From Hydrolagus affinis (lineage: Eukaryota): DNA of 64,000 nucleotides. The notes beneath the pieces were generated by a model. The model worked only from the letters and a program-made list of their open reading frames with translations. It searched no databases and had not been told where the DNA came from. The translations under genes were made by a program, and so were the position numbers. Location of the stretch: the NCBI GenBank assembly GCA_012026655.1, contig JAAILG010000030.1, forward strand, positions 62,001 through 126,000, written 5' to 3'. Shown piece after piece: positions 62,987 to 64,000 of this stretch; the first letter of the stretch is position 1, and every line of letters starts with the position of its first letter.

Positions 62987-63950
62987 CTGTGATGCTCTAT
63001 GATATTTTCTTGGTCCTGTGTGACTATCTTGTTGATGGTCATTAAATGATCATATGATAAGAGCGCGTTTCCAAAATATTCCTTAACATCCAATGGTACC
63101 CATAGATTTGAAAGATTGCACACATGTCTACTGTATGAGACCATCATGGGAAACTACAATGATGATGATCACCTGAGGAAACAAGACATTTATTTAAGTG
63201 GTTCTTTTCCTAAACTACAGGTTGTTTCCCCGATGACCAAAAAAGGATTTTCCCGAGAAAACATTTTTATTTCTTGAGCAGGAATTCATAGTGTATTCTA
63301 TGAGGGGAAGTATTTCCACTGCAAAGTACCTCTTTTTAACGTCTCAGCCACACGATTCACAAAAAAAAATCCTACCTAACGTATTTAGAGAAATCATTAT
63401 TGACAGCACTGAGCTGCACCCTTGAAAAGACCTGACATCTCAGGTCAGATGCAGGTTTTGAGTCTTGCTCAGCTGACGTCAGCTGCAGGCTCCATCCGTC
63501 AGCACCTGGACTGTCTCAGTGCAAATCCAGATACTTTTCATTCTTAGATGCTGATTTTAGCTGCCAATAAATATCACGTGTTATTGCACACATTGCATAA
63601 ATATGGATAACAAACATCCAGTATTCTTGATGATAGACCATCAGATGTCAACATTTTAAGACGTCTTACTCCCATATATAGCCAAAGTGCCAAGACAAGT
63701 TATGTTTCCTTTTCCTTTTGTATAATGTGTGATGTGATAAGCAATCATTTACGACACATGCAATGTCACTCTATTCAGGCAAGTATGATTGTCTGGTGGA
63801 GTAATTGGAAATTTCAACATATGCAAGCAAAACAAAGTACCCTATTTTAGGCTTAGAGAAAACAACTAAGTCTTCTGTGTCCCAACAAGTTTTGATAATT
63901 TACCGCCATGGAAACACTGTATTTCTACTCTAAATTGATCACGAGTTCAG

Positions 63951-64000
63951 GTGTCAGCCTGGCTCAGTGGGTAGAACTCCTGCCTTTGGGTCAGAAGGTT
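63951..64000 (+). mobile_element. 5' tRNA-like head of an old DeuSINE, cut by the window edge
   Basis: gtgtcagcctggctcagtgggtagaactcctgcctttgggtcagaaggtt (A box tggctcagtgg). Confidence 0.65.

Overview
AT-rich, CpG-depleted vertebrate genomic DNA. The repeat complement (Deu-type tRNA SINEs, HER1/CR1, L2 and L1 fragments) points to a cartilaginous fish, possibly a holocephalan; this is inference. The window lies entirely inside one + strand gene. I traced 14 internal GT-AG exons (1503-62863) that are all phase 0-0 and splice into a stop-free 643-residue coiled-coil segment; neither start nor stop codon is in the window. The last exon aligns, from memory, with the N-terminal region of mammalian PMFBP1, so this looks like a PMFBP1-family gene with a long N-terminal extension. 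The most striking feature is exon architecture. Exon lengths are whole heptads (28, 49, 56 codons) or heptads plus a stutter (53, 60, 81; 71 = two stutters). Exons start at heptad position a, and 84-nt exons recur at alternate positions. A candidate 12-nt microexon (LRKQ) would add exactly one stutter, and it lies between a 28/29-nt inverted pair about 5.9 kb apart. Introns hold many SINE/LINE relics, two MITEs, palindromes, a perfect 53-bp tandem duplication, and enhancer-like or CTCF-like motifs. Nearly all ORFs in the supplied track are spurious or are exon/LINE pieces. Repeat boundaries are approximate and family names are recalled, not searched.
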